NCBI GenBank assembly: GCA_965215765.1
Contig: OZ244118.1
Span: 175,292-239,291 of the forward strand
Origin: an uncultured candidatus Porisulfidus sp.
Lineage (GTDB): Bacteria; Pseudomonadota; Gammaproteobacteria; Poriferisulfidales; Oxydemutatoraceae
DNA length: 64,000 bases
Direction of reading: 5' to 3'
In this document: piece by piece, positions 11,393 to 21,314 of the stretch
How positions within the stretch are numbered: the first letter of the stretch is position 1
Layout: each line of letters starts with the position of its first letter
The notes under the pieces: model-generated
Told to the model about the DNA's origin: nothing
Seen by the model: the letters and a program-made list of their open reading frames with translations, nothing else
The model's database searches: none
Program-made: the position numbers and the translations under genes

Positions 11393-13654
11393 CTAACGTA
11401 CCGCGCCGCCCAAGAAAGCCCGCATCCGCAGCGAAGCCTCCCCCCCTGTGGCATTTGTGGCATTACCCTGTTGAAAATTCAGGCGGAACTTGTTGCCGGA
11501 GCCTACATTGAGATAGCTTTGAAGCCGAACCTCAAGTCTAAATTCGCCGGTCTGACCGAGGGCGATTTCCCCCGCTCTTTCCAAAGACAGTTTCAGGCGA
11601 GCCGCGTCGGTGCCAGCAGAAACGAAGACTGTGTCGGTTGTTTTGCCGTCTATTTCGATGATTGGATAAACGCAGTTGGTGTCAGACTCGGATCCGCACA
11701 CCGTGACCGTACCGGAGATTTTTGTCAATGTAACTTTCAGAGTGGTATCTTCATCAGGGGCAGGAACCAGCGTGACGCTCGCAGTTACCGGAATGGGCGC
11801 AGAAGCCCCCCTCAAAGTAAATCCCAGCGTACTTCCCCCAACCTCTACAGTGACCCGAACTGTAGGATCTCCGGGGAGTCCAACAAGTCGGGGCAATTGT
11901 TCGGCATTCCCTAAGTCCCAAATATCCGGACTCCATTCTTCAAAGGGAGAGATGCCATCGCAGACGTCATCCGGAGCTATCGGACATTGTAGTTGGGCAA
12001 GTGCCACCTGTGTGGTGACGCCCGACGGAACCGCTGCGCCAGCGAATCGTACCGTCGTGCCAGTGTAATAGTTCCCGATTGGTGTGAGATTTACGGAATC
12101 ACTTATGTTGTACATGAAACTGCTTTCAGTGCTCCCGGTTGCAAAACTGTTCTCCAAGATACCTGTTCCGAACACATACCCCAATAAACTTCCAAATTCT
12201 ACATTCTCTGCCAGTCTGGAGTTCCCTGTTGCGTAACTGTTCCTGACCAACCAAATTTCCTGCACCTCGCTAATCAGCCCACCTGTTCTGATCTGAGGGA
12301 TGATACCAAAGTCATCAACATTCCCCGTTGAGTAGGAGTTCAGCACTGTTGACCTTCTAAAGGTAGAATTATCCCTACCGAGTATGCCAATCAAGCCACC
12401 CGCACTCCTTGAAGCGGTCACTGTCCCGCTCGCAAAGCTTTCACTGATCATGGTATTTATTGCGCGACCGATCAGTCCTCCGGCTGTAGCTGCTCCGGCG
12501 TCGATCTGTCCAGTTGCGATGCTGTTTAGTACACTCGAGCCCGTCGCAAGGCCAATCAGTCCTCCGACAATTCTCTCTGCCAACTCGATACGCATTTGAC
12601 TTTTCCCGTTCGGCAAAGCCAAATTACCCGTTGCTGAGCAACGGCGAACCGTTGCCCCGGAAAGCTCACCAACCAGTCCCCCCAAGTATTCTTTTGTTTT
12701 TTGTGGTGCGGTTTCTGCTTTTGTCCGCACCACCACATCGCTTTTACAGTCGCTCAAATTGGCATTGCTGAATGCGCCGACGAGTCCGCCGACTTGGTGA
12801 CGTCCCACTACAGCTCCCGTTACCGAGACTTTTTCTATGTTCCCCAGGCCTTCCCCTACCAGAGTGCCCACAAAATCACGTCCGGTAACGACCACGTTTA
12901 CCAAGTTAAGGTTTCGTATTTCTCCACCGGAAGCCAATTTGCCAAACAGCCCAACCCTTGATGAGGAAAGGCGATTAATGGTCAGATTGCTGATGGACAT
13001 ATTGTTCCCGTCGAAAGTTCCGGAGAAACCATCAGCGCCACCAATCGGAACAAAATCCGTGCCAGCGGCATCAATGTCCGCGTCCAGCACATAATTGCTG
13101 CCTGGTCTCGCAGTGATTGCCTGCAGTTGGACGAAGGTTTCGATTCTGAATGCGCCCACGAGCCTGCCGACATAATCACGTCCCGTTACAGTTCCCGTTA
13201 CCGCGCTTCCTTCTATCTTCCCCAAGCTTTCCCCCACCAGACCTCCCACATAATCACGTCCTGTAATGACCACGTCTACCAGGTTAAGGTCTCGTATTTC
13301 TCCACCGGAAGCCAATTTGCCAAACAGCCCAACCCTTGATGAGGAAGGGCGATTAATGGTCAGATTTCTGATGGTCATATTGTTCCCGTTGAAAGTTCCG
13401 GAGAAACTACTCTTGCCTCCAATCGGAACAAAATCCGTGCCAGTGGCATCAAGGTCTGCGCCCAGCGTATACCAGGCTTTCGGCATTGAAGTAATTGCCT
13501 GCAATTGGCAGACGGTTTCTATTCTGTAAGGATCGGAGTCTTTCCCGGTTCCGCCCCCTGAGGGGAGGCTCTCCTTGTTTTCACATGACGTTTGTGCAGA
13601 CGCAGAACCTGCAAATATCAGTACCGCAAAAACGAGCACACCGTAACGGCACAT
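11393..13654 (-). CDS. GLUG-motif beta-helix surface protein B (C-terminal ...FLGGAVR tail)
   Basis: ORF is open to 13765. Preferred start is ATG 13654 (MCRYGVLVFAVLIFAGSASA|QT). Two copies of the DxDATGTDFVPIGG...GTF(N/D)GNNM.I.NLTINR module, GLUG-like repeats, one ~138-aa C-terminal module. Tail is SLRMRAFLGGAVR-stop. Confidence 0.8.
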   Translation of the reverse strand: MCRYGVLVFAVLIFAGSASAQTSCENKESLPSGGGTGKDSDPYRIETVCQLQAITSMPKAWYTLGADLDATGTDFVPIGGKSSFSGTFNGNNMTIRNLTINRPSSSRVGLFGKLASGGEIRDLNLVDVVITGRDYVGGLVGESLGKIEGSAVTGTVTGRDYVGRLVGAFRIETFVQLQAITARPGSNYVLDADIDAAGTDFVPIGGADGFSGTFDGNNMSISNLTINRLSSSRVGLFGKLASGGEIRNLNLVNVVVTGRDFVGTLVGEGLGNIEKVSVTGAVVGRHQVGGLVGAFSNANLSDCKSDVVVRTKAETAPQKTKEYLGGLVGELSGATVRRCSATGNLALPNGKSQMRIELAERIVGGLIGLATGSSVLNSIATGQIDAGAATAGGLIGRAINTMISESFASGTVTASRSAGGLIGILGRDNSTFRRSTVLNSYSTGNVDDFGIIPQIRTGGLISEVQEIWLVRNSYATGNSRLAENVEFGSLLGYVFGTGILENSFATGSTESSFMYNISDSVNLTPIGNYYTGTTVRFAGAAVPSGVTTQVALAQLQCPIAPDDVCDGISPFEEWSPDIWDLGNAEQLPRLVGLPGDPTVRVTVEVGGSTLGFTLRGASAPIPVTASVTLVPAPDEDTTLKVTLTKISGTVTVCGSESDTNCVYPIIEIDGKTTDTVFVSAGTDAARLKLSLERAGEIALGQTGEFRLEVRLQSYLNVGSGNKFRLNFQQGNATNATGGEASLRMRAFLGGAVR

Positions 13655-14090
13655 TGTCGCCGCCAAAGAATGGAAGGGTTCACAGCGGTTAACCCTGTAT
13701 TGCCACTCGGCTACCGTGTTCTTCATGAAAATGAAGCTGGGGTGCCTTCGCCCCTTTGGAAACATACCCCAAGTGCTGATTCCATCGTTAGACAGGAGCC
13801 TGACTTTGGGGATTTCTTTTTAGGTCTGCGCCTGAGAGTGGCACGCCGGCAAAGAGCCACCGACTCTGAAATGATTTGTTCTGACACGGTAACTGACCCC
13901 TTATTAAAGGCTAAACAAACAAACAAACGAGATTGGGTAATTGTACGGGCTGCTCGGTCGTTTGCATATTATAGCGCAGGAGGATGTTGAAGCTTGATCG
14001 CAGTTTTAACACCACAACTTTGGGCACCAGACAGTCTGTCTGTGGCCTTGCAGGGTTCGTACCTTGAAGCAATATCGTGGTGACCTGAAT

Positions 14091-14370
14091 CATCTGCCAA
14101 TCAGGCTTCCGGCTACCCGGCACTTTTGTTTTTTCAGCTTCTCCTTTTCGTCGAGAGGCACAATGCGATGAAATGGGGAGGCTCCCTCGACCAAGAACTC
14201 GTTTTGTCCTGAAGCCTTCCATGCTTCTGACGGAACAGGTGCGGCGCAGCTCATCATGCGTACGCACAGATCTTGCAGGGCTGGCTGCACGGAAGGTGCA
14301 GCCAGCATCGGTCTTCCCACAACGATACAGTCAGTCCCGGTACGCAGTGTCTGTTCCGGCTTGAGTGCGC
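14091..14370 (-). pseudogene. pyrF 3'-terminal fragment
   Basis: ORF 14090..14320 reads ...GRPMLAAPS.QPALQDL..RMMSCAAP.PSEAW..SGQN..L.EGASPFH.IV.LDE.EKLKK, which matches the C-terminal ~75 aa of pyrF (18832..). Confidence 0.75.
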
Positions 14371-14384
14371 TCTAGCCAGAGGGC

Positions 14385-14625
14385 AGTGCGCGAAATGGTT
14401 GCTGGATTCCAAGGTTTTACTTCCGGAGAAAACCGCGAAACTTTCTTGTGAGGCACACATTTGAGGCGAATAGTCGCGCAATACTCGTTGTCCGGTTGCA
14501 ATACGCAGGAGTTTGATCGCTGGTGACCCCCGTTATTCTTAACGCCACGCTTTTCGTATTTATGACACGGCGTCGCGACGACCTGCTTCAGGCCTGATAC
14601 GGCTGGAAGCTTACAACCGGTCAGT
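14385..14625 (-). pseudogene. gshA fragments (same mosaic as 11060..11335)
   Basis: ORF 14331..14843 contains ...LKQVVATPCHKYEKRGVKNNGGHQRSNSCVLQPDNEYCATIRLKCVPHKKVSRFSPEVKPW.... Same deletion junction as the 11.1 kb copy. Confidence 0.7.
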
Positions 14626-14667
14626 GCTTTGCAGGCGAGTGCGGGAGAGGGGCAGGCGGTTTCCTGC

Positions 14668-17600
14668 CTAACGTACCGCGCCGCCCAAGAAAACCCGTAT
14701 TTGCACTGATGCCGAATCCGGAACCGGCTGCATTGTGGCACCCCCCTGGTGAAATTCCAGGAGGACATTGTTGCCGGAAACCGTGTATGGATAGCCTGGA
14801 AGCTGAACCACAAGCATAAATTTGCCGGTCTGACCTCGGGCAATCTCCCCCTCTATTCCTATTTCCAAAGACAATGTCAAGATAGCCTCATCGGTGCCAC
14901 GAGGAACGTGAACGGTGTTGGTTCTTCTATTGCCAATTTTCAGAAAAACGCAGCCGGTGTCAGAAACGGAACTGCACAACCTGACCGTGCCGGAGGTTTT
15001 TGTCAATGCAACTCTCAGAACGTTATTGCTATCAGGGGCAGGGTTCAGCATGACTTTCACCTCGCGCGAAAGGGGTATATGCGTTGTGCCAAGAGTAAAC
15101 CCCAGTACGTTTCTTCCTTCCATAGGAAACCCAACAGTGATCTGAACTACAGGAATGGGGATTAGCGTAGGTAATTCCGCATCCGTTCCGAAGTCCCAAA
15201 TGTTCGGGTTCCAGTTTTCAAAGGGAGAGATGCCATCGCAGACGTCACCCGGAGTGGTCGGGCATTGCAGTTGAGCAAGAGCTACCTGTGTTGTGACGCC
15301 TGACGGTGCCATCGTGCCAGTGTAATAGTTCTCGTTTAATGTGAGAGTTGCGGAACCATTTACTTGGTATATGAATCCGCTCTCAGGACTTCCGGTTGCA
15401 AAACTGTTTTCCACAAGCCCTGTTCCGAATGCATACCCTAATAAACTTCCAAACTTGACCCCTTGCGGTTCAACATTCCCCGTTGCGTAACTGTTGCTGA
15501 TCACCCAGATTTCCTCTAGCTGTCCAATCAGCCCACCTGCCCTCACGACGTTAACAGAACCACCGACATCCCCCGTTGAGTAGGAGTTCAGCACTCTTGA
15601 AGTTCTGACACGGAATCCAGCGCCAGAATCTGAACCCAGCCAGCCAATCAAACCACCCGCTTTCTGTGTGGCACTTACTGCCCCACTCGCATAGCTTTCG
15701 CTGACCATCGATTCCACTGCAATACCAATCAGCCCCCCGGCTATATCTGCCATAGCGTTGATCTGTCCGGATGCGTAACTGTTTTTCACGACCGAGCGAT
15801 CTGCCAAGCCAATCAACCCTCCGACAATTCTATTAAGCTGAGCGAGCCGCCTTTGACTTCGCTCGCTCGACAAAACCAAATCGCCCGTCGCTGAGCAACG
15901 GCTAACCGTCGCCCTGCTAAGATGACCGACCAGCCCCCCCAAGTATTCTGCTCCTTGTCCTGTCGCGCTCAGTCTTGGATGCACCGTCGCACTGCTTTCA
16001 CAATCACTCAAAGTGCCGTTCCGAAATCTTATGTCCGAGTCACCGAATCTGCCCGCGAGTCCGCCGACACTGCTAACTCCTGAAACAGATCCCTCTACCG
16101 AGACTCTACTTATGTTCCCCCGGCTCCCCTTGCCTACCCCCACGAGTCCGCCAACAACGTTAGTTCCTGAAACAGAACCCGTTACTGTGCTGTCACTGAT
16201 GACCCCGTTGCTTTCTCCAGCCAGACCTCCTATGAGCTGACCCTGACCAATGGCTCTGCTGCTTTCTGCAACTTGTACGTTTACCAGGCTAACGTTCCGA
16301 ATTTCTCCACCGGCAGACGACAAACCTACGAGTCCGCCGACTCGGTAACGTCCCGCCACAGATCCGTTTAGTGTGCCTGCACCATCTATTGACCCCCCGC
16401 TATCTCCCACCATGCCACCGACAATAGTTGCGCCTGAAACGTTCATGTTTTCCATGTTAGTGTCTCGAATTTCTCCACCGGAATGCAATCTGCCTACGAG
16501 GCCGCCGACCACTGTACCTACGAGGGGACCGACCACTGTAGCAGTTAATTTCTTTCCTACAAATCCCGATACCCTACCTCCTACTATGAGCCCCCGGCTT
16601 TCCCCCACCAGACCACCGACAATAGTTACGCCTATAACGTTCAGGTTTACCAGGCTAAGGTCTCGAATTTCTCCACCGGAATCCAGGTTTCTGAACAGTC
16701 CAACCCTTGATGAGGCGCGATTGATGGTCAAGTTGCTGATGCTCATACCATTCCCGTCAAATGTTCCGGAGAACCCCGCACCACCGCCCCCGATTGGTGT
16801 AAAGCCAGCACCGTTATTCCACGACCCGGCATCTGTGGCATCAAGGTTCGCCGCCAGTTTGTAATGGGCAGTCAGGTTTTCCTGTATTGCCTGCAGTCGG
16901 CAAATCGTATCAATGTTGTAAGGGTTGTTTATAGAGCCATCTTCTCCAACTGCGTAGTTCTTGTCAATTTGAATGCAATCCGAGGGACGGTTGGCTCGTG
17001 GAGCACCAGTTAGCGTAGGTAATTGCGCTGAAGTCCCGAAGTTCCAGAAGTATGGATCCCAGTTTCTGAAAGGAGCGATGCTGCCATCGCAGGCCTCATC
17101 TGCAGAGGTCGGACATTTTAGTTGGCTAAGCTTAATCCGGGTGACTCCTTGCTCTGTGCTCTGTATGTCGGGTGATTCAATGAAATAGTTCCCACTTGAT
17201 GTGACTTTTGTGGAACTTTGTACGAAGCGAATGAACTGGCGTTGAGCGCTCCCGGTTGCAAAACTGTTTTCCACAACCCCTATTCCAAATGCAGCACCCA
17301 ATAAACTTCCAAAAATTACGTTTCTTGCCTCGTTGTCGTTGTTCCCTGTTGCGTAACTGCCACTGACCAGCCAGGTTTCCTGTAGCTCGCCAATCAGCCC
17401 TCCCAGCCTTTTAAATCTTATTTGTTCATTAAGTCGTAAGTTGACATCTCCCGTCGAGTAGGAGTTCAGCACTGCTGACCTTCTGCCAGAGTCAGAACCA
17501 ACCCCCAGTATGCCAATCAATCCACCTGCACTCCTCAAAGTGTACACTGCGCCACTCGCATAGGTTTCGCTGATCATGGCGTTTATTGCGCGACCGATCA

Positions 17601-18465
17601 GTCCCCCGGCTGTATCTGCCCCAGCGTCTATCTGTCCAGTTGCGAAGCTGTTTTGCACAGTTGAGCTTTCTGCATGTCCAATCAGCCCACCGACAATTCT
17701 CACTGTCTGATTGAGATTCGTTTGACTTTTCCCGTTCTCCGGCAAAACCAAATCACCCGTCGCTGAGCAACGGATAACCGTTGTCCCGGAAAGCTGACCG
17801 ACTAGACCCCCCAGGTATTCTGCTGCGTTGTTTGCTGCGCTCCGTGTTATTGGTCGCACGACCACATCGCTTTTACAGTCGCTCAAATTGGCATTTCTGG
17901 ATATGCCCACGAGCCCGCCGACCTGGTGACGTCCCGCCACAGTTCCCGTTACCGAGACTTCTTCTATGTTCCCCCGGCTTTCACCCACCAGACCTCCCAC
18001 TAAATCACGTCCCGTTACAGTTCCCGTTACCGAGCTTTTTTCTATGTTCCCCAGGCTTTGCCCCACCAGAGCTCCCACATAATCAAGTCCTGTAACGTCC
18101 ACGTTTACCAGGTTAAGGTTTAGTATTTTCCCACCGGAATTCAACTTGCCAAACAGCCCAACCCTTGATGAGGAAGGGCGATTGATTGTCAGATTGCTGA
18201 TGGACTTTCTGTTTCCGTTGAAAGTTCCGGAGAAACCAACAGTGCCCCCAATTGGAGCAAAATCCGTACCATCGGCATCTATGTCGTCGACCAGACTATA
18301 AAATCCCGTCGGAGTTGAAGTGAGTGCCTGAAATTGGCAGACGGTGCTGATTTCGTAAGGATCGTTAACAGTCCCCTTCGCTGTAGAGTATTCACATGGT
18401 GTTTGTGCAGACGCAGCACCTGCAAATATCAGTATCGCAAAAGCGAGCACACCGTAACGGCACAT
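14668..18465 (-). CDS. GLUG-motif beta-helix surface protein C (C-terminal ...FLGGAVR tail)
   Basis: ORF is open to 18633. Preferred start is ATG 18465 (MCRYGVLAFAILIFAGAASA|QT). Two N-terminal-type modules, a long run of VGGLVG/GGLAG repeats, one C-terminal ~138-aa module. Tail is SVQIRVFLGGAVR-stop. Confidence 0.8.
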   Translation of the reverse strand: MCRYGVLAFAILIFAGAASAQTPCEYSTAKGTVNDPYEISTVCQFQALTSTPTGFYSLVDDIDADGTDFAPIGGTVGFSGTFNGNRKSISNLTINRPSSSRVGLFGKLNSGGKILNLNLVNVDVTGLDYVGALVGQSLGNIEKSSVTGTVTGRDLVGGLVGESRGNIEEVSVTGTVAGRHQVGGLVGISRNANLSDCKSDVVVRPITRSAANNAAEYLGGLVGQLSGTTVIRCSATGDLVLPENGKSQTNLNQTVRIVGGLIGHAESSTVQNSFATGQIDAGADTAGGLIGRAINAMISETYASGAVYTLRSAGGLIGILGVGSDSGRRSAVLNSYSTGDVNLRLNEQIRFKRLGGLIGELQETWLVSGSYATGNNDNEARNVIFGSLLGAAFGIGVVENSFATGSAQRQFIRFVQSSTKVTSSGNYFIESPDIQSTEQGVTRIKLSQLKCPTSADEACDGSIAPFRNWDPYFWNFGTSAQLPTLTGAPRANRPSDCIQIDKNYAVGEDGSINNPYNIDTICRLQAIQENLTAHYKLAANLDATDAGSWNNGAGFTPIGGGGAGFSGTFDGNGMSISNLTINRASSRVGLFRNLDSGGEIRDLSLVNLNVIGVTIVGGLVGESRGLIVGGRVSGFVGKKLTATVVGPLVGTVVGGLVGRLHSGGEIRDTNMENMNVSGATIVGGMVGDSGGSIDGAGTLNGSVAGRYRVGGLVGLSSAGGEIRNVSLVNVQVAESSRAIGQGQLIGGLAGESNGVISDSTVTGSVSGTNVVGGLVGVGKGSRGNISRVSVEGSVSGVSSVGGLAGRFGDSDIRFRNGTLSDCESSATVHPRLSATGQGAEYLGGLVGHLSRATVSRCSATGDLVLSSERSQRRLAQLNRIVGGLIGLADRSVVKNSYASGQINAMADIAGGLIGIAVESMVSESYASGAVSATQKAGGLIGWLGSDSGAGFRVRTSRVLNSYSTGDVGGSVNVVRAGGLIGQLEEIWVISNSYATGNVEPQGVKFGSLLGYAFGTGLVENSFATGSPESGFIYQVNGSATLTLNENYYTGTMAPSGVTTQVALAQLQCPTTPGDVCDGISPFENWNPNIWDFGTDAELPTLIPIPVVQITVGFPMEGRNVLGFTLGTTHIPLSREVKVMLNPAPDSNNVLRVALTKTSGTVRLCSSVSDTGCVFLKIGNRRTNTVHVPRGTDEAILTLSLEIGIEGEIARGQTGKFMLVVQLPGYPYTVSGNNVLLEFHQGGATMQPVPDSASVQIRVFLGGAVR

Positions 18466-18831
18466 TGACGCCGCCAAAGAATGGAAGGGTTCACGGTGCT
18501 TAACCCTGTATTGCCACTCGGCTACCGTGTTCTTCATGAAAATGAAGTTGAGGAGGCTTCGCCCCTTTGGAAATTTTTCTTTAGGCCTGCGCCCGCGAAT
18601 AGCCATAGGCTCCGAAATAATCAGCTTTGACACCGTAATTAACCTCCTTCTCTTTTATAGAGGGTATAAATACACACGAATCTGCACATTATACAGGCTG
18701 CGCTGGAGTTTGTCCATAAATGCAGTCGGCTGTAGTTTCCACGCTACAACTTTGGGCACCAGACAGCCCGGCGATGACCATGCTTCGCTCGTACTTTGAA
18801 GCAATATCGTGGGATCTGAATCATCTGCCAA

Positions 18832-19677
18832 TCAGACTTCCGGCTGACTGATGCTTTTTTTTTTCAGCTTCTCCGTTTCGTCGAGATGCACGATGGGATG
18901 AAATGGGGAGGCTCCCTCGATCAGGAGATCGTTTTGTCCCGAAGGTTCCCATGCATCAGATGGATCAGGTGCGGCGCAGCTCATCATGCGCGCGTGTAAA
19001 TCTTGCAGGGCTTTCTGCCGGGAAGGTGCAGCCAGTATCGGCCTTCCCACAACGAGATAGTCAGCCCCGGCACGCAGAGCCTGTTCCGGGTTGAGCGCGC
19101 GTTTGTGGTCGTTTATTGGCGTGTCGTCCATGCGAATGCCTGGCGTAAAAATTGCAAATTCCCGACCATTCTGCTTGCGTACCGCCGCCACTTCTCTACC
19201 GGATGCTATGACTCCGTGACATCCCAGCGCTTTGGCTTGCCTCGCCCGCTCACAAATCAACGCGTCAAGACTTCCTTCATAAGCCATATTCTTCGCATCT
19301 TTTTGATCCAGGCTACTTAAAAACGTAACCAACAGAATCTTCAGGTGAGCACCACAGTTCTCCACCGCCGCTTCCAGCATGGCCTCATGGCTATGCACAC
19401 TGAGAAAAGAAGCACCGCTGTCTGCCAGATTTCGCACTGCGGCACCTACCGTTCTCGGAATATCATGAAGTTTCAAATCCACAAACACTTTTGCGTCACG
19501 CTTCAGCAACCAGTCAAGCAAGCCAAAAGCGCCACGATCTGTGAATGTTTCCAGCCCGAGTTTGAAAAAACGCACGCTGTCACCCAGCTCCAGCACGACT
19601 TTTTTGGCTTCACTGACGGGCAGATCCAACGCCAGAACCAGACGCTCGGTGATTTCAGCGGGAACATTCAGAGACAT
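18832..19677 (-). CDS. pyrF: Orotidine 5'-phosphate decarboxylase
   Basis: 281 aa. LVLALDL, FFKLGLE, VFVDLKLHDIPRTV and LVVGRPI motifs. Carries about 45 extra C-terminal residues compared with typical PyrF; these are also present in the decayed copies. Confidence 0.9.
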   Translation of the reverse strand: MSLNVPAEITERLVLALDLPVSEAKKVVLELGDSVRFFKLGLETFTDRGAFGLLDWLLKRDAKVFVDLKLHDIPRTVGAAVRNLADSGASFLSVHSHEAMLEAAVENCGAHLKILLVTFLSSLDQKDAKNMAYEGSLDALICERARQAKALGCHGVIASGREVAAVRKQNGREFAIFTPGIRMDDTPINDHKRALNPEQALRAGADYLVVGRPILAAPSRQKALQDLHARMMSCAAPDPSDAWEPSGQNDLLIEGASPFHPIVHLDETEKLKKKSISQPEV

Positions 19678-19697
19678 GCTTTCACTCAGTCAGCCAG

Positions 19698-21314
19698 CTA
19701 TGCGCTTTGGATTTCCTGGAGCTGGGAGAAATAATGGCTGATGTACTCGTCCAGTGGCAGAACATCCTGGCTTTCAATGTCAGCTTGTGCCTGTAAGGAT
19801 TCAGCAGCCAGCTTGCAGAAATGGCTGTGGCATTCAGGGTCCAGAGAGCGGTTCGCGAAATGGTCACTGGATTCTATGGTTTTACTTCCGGAGAAAACTG
19901 CGAAACTTTCTCCTGAAGTACGCATTTGATCCAAAATGCGTGCCGATGGCATCCGTTCCGGCACCTGGAATGTTTCCATCTGTGCGCGCAACGCTTGGCT
20001 GAATCGCGTGTTTCCGTGTGCCTTGGACAGTAACTCGCTGACAGGGAGCATTTGTTGACATATTTCATTGCCCCACACTCGCAATGGTTTTTTGCGCCCT
20101 TGGGAATACAGGAAAAGATTCGGGTCGCGTCCCCGGTGTGCAACGCGCACTTCGTTTTCCCGGATCTCCACTGCTGCGGCTTCATCCAGGAATGGGCTGT
20201 CATCGGCCAACAGGCAATAGGTCATGAAAAGCTCCAGGAAATCCAACTGCGCTTCTCCGATTCCGCAAGGCTCAAAAGGATCTACGTCCAAAGAGCGCAG
20301 TTCCACGTATTCTACCCCACGTCGGTGCAAGGCGGTTATGGACATTTCTCCTTTTTTGGGTACGCATTTGGGACGAATCGTCGCGTAATACTCGTTGTCC
20401 AGTTGCAGAACACAGGCGTTTAATTGCTGGAAAACACCGTTGTTTTTAACGCCTAGCTTTTCGTATTTATGACACGGCGTCATGATGGCCTGCTTCAGGC
20501 TGGAAATGTATTGTTGCAAACTGTTGTAGGAAGCAGCAAAGCCCATTTTCGCTCCTTGGTTGTTCTGATAGCCAATGTCGCCCATCCGCAATGAAGTGGC
20601 GTGGCGGCCGTAAAGTGTGCCGCTATCAAAGTGGCGGAGCTTGCTGGCGAACCCCACGAAACTTTTACAAACAGCCGGAGAAGCTCCGAACAGGTAAGGA
20701 ATGATCCAGCTGATTCGCATGATATTGCGCACCAGCCCCATGTAGGCTTGGGAGCGAAATTGCGTGACCCGGGTTTCGGGAGCGCGCCAATCTCTCAGCC
20801 AATCCATAAGCGCGTTTCCGAATGAATAGTTGAAATGCACGCCGGCTATGGCCTGCATATCCGGGCCATAGCGGCAGGCAAGCCCGCGACGGTAAATTTT
20901 CTTCATTTGGCCGATGTTTGAAGTCCCGTAATGCGCAATGGGAATAGTGGTTTTTCCCTTGATGATGCACGGCATGCTGTTGTTCCATAACGCCTCATCC
21001 CCGATTTTCGAGTAAACAAAAGTGTGCGTGTTTTCAAGAAACGCTTTCGCCTTCTCGGTGCTGGGCATGGCCGGCGTCACTATTTCCAGAAGTGTTTCCG
21101 AGTAGTCGGTGGTGATATGGGGGTGGGTCAGTGCCGAACCTAAAGATTTGGGATGGGGTTCCGGAGAAAGCGTGAACTCCGGCGTAACGCGCAGAGATTC
21201 CTTTTCCAGCCCTATTCCGCGACCATCGGTCAGCAGAGACAAGTCGCCAACGCTTGAGAGGGCTTTTACCGTGGCTTCAGCGTTCAAGTGGTCTCCCGAA
21301 TGCGCGCAAAGCAC
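19698..21314 (-). CDS. gshA: Glutamate--cysteine ligase
   Basis: 538 aa, collinear with enterobacterial GshA (GLEKESLRV, LGSALTHPHITTDYSE.LLE.ITP, GASPA.C.SF, ATSLRM.D.GY.N, EYVE.RSLD..PF). Confidence 0.93.
   Translation of the reverse strand: MLCAHSGDHLNAEATVKALSSVGDLSLLTDGRGIGLEKESLRVTPEFTLSPEPHPKSLGSALTHPHITTDYSETLLEIVTPAMPSTEKAKAFLENTHTFVYSKIGDEALWNNSMPCIIKGKTTIPIAHYGTSNIGQMKKIYRRGLACRYGPDMQAIAGVHFNYSFGNALMDWLRDWRAPETRVTQFRSQAYMGLVRNIMRISWIIPYLFGASPAVCKSFVGFASKLRHFDSGTLYGRHATSLRMGDIGYQNNQGAKMGFAASYNSLQQYISSLKQAIMTPCHKYEKLGVKNNGVFQQLNACVLQLDNEYYATIRPKCVPKKGEMSITALHRRGVEYVELRSLDVDPFEPCGIGEAQLDFLELFMTYCLLADDSPFLDEAAAVEIRENEVRVAHRGRDPNLFLYSQGRKKPLRVWGNEICQQMLPVSELLSKAHGNTRFSQALRAQMETFQVPERMPSARILDQMRTSGESFAVFSGSKTIESSDHFANRSLDPECHSHFCKLAAESLQAQADIESQDVLPLDEYISHYFSQLQEIQSA

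Noticed and set aside
13905-13925. (AAAC)4 tetranucleotide run upstream of GLUG-B as a phase-variation switch
   Set aside because: There are only four units. The run is absent from the paralogous positions upstream of GLUG-A and GLUG-C, and it lies well upstream of the start codon.
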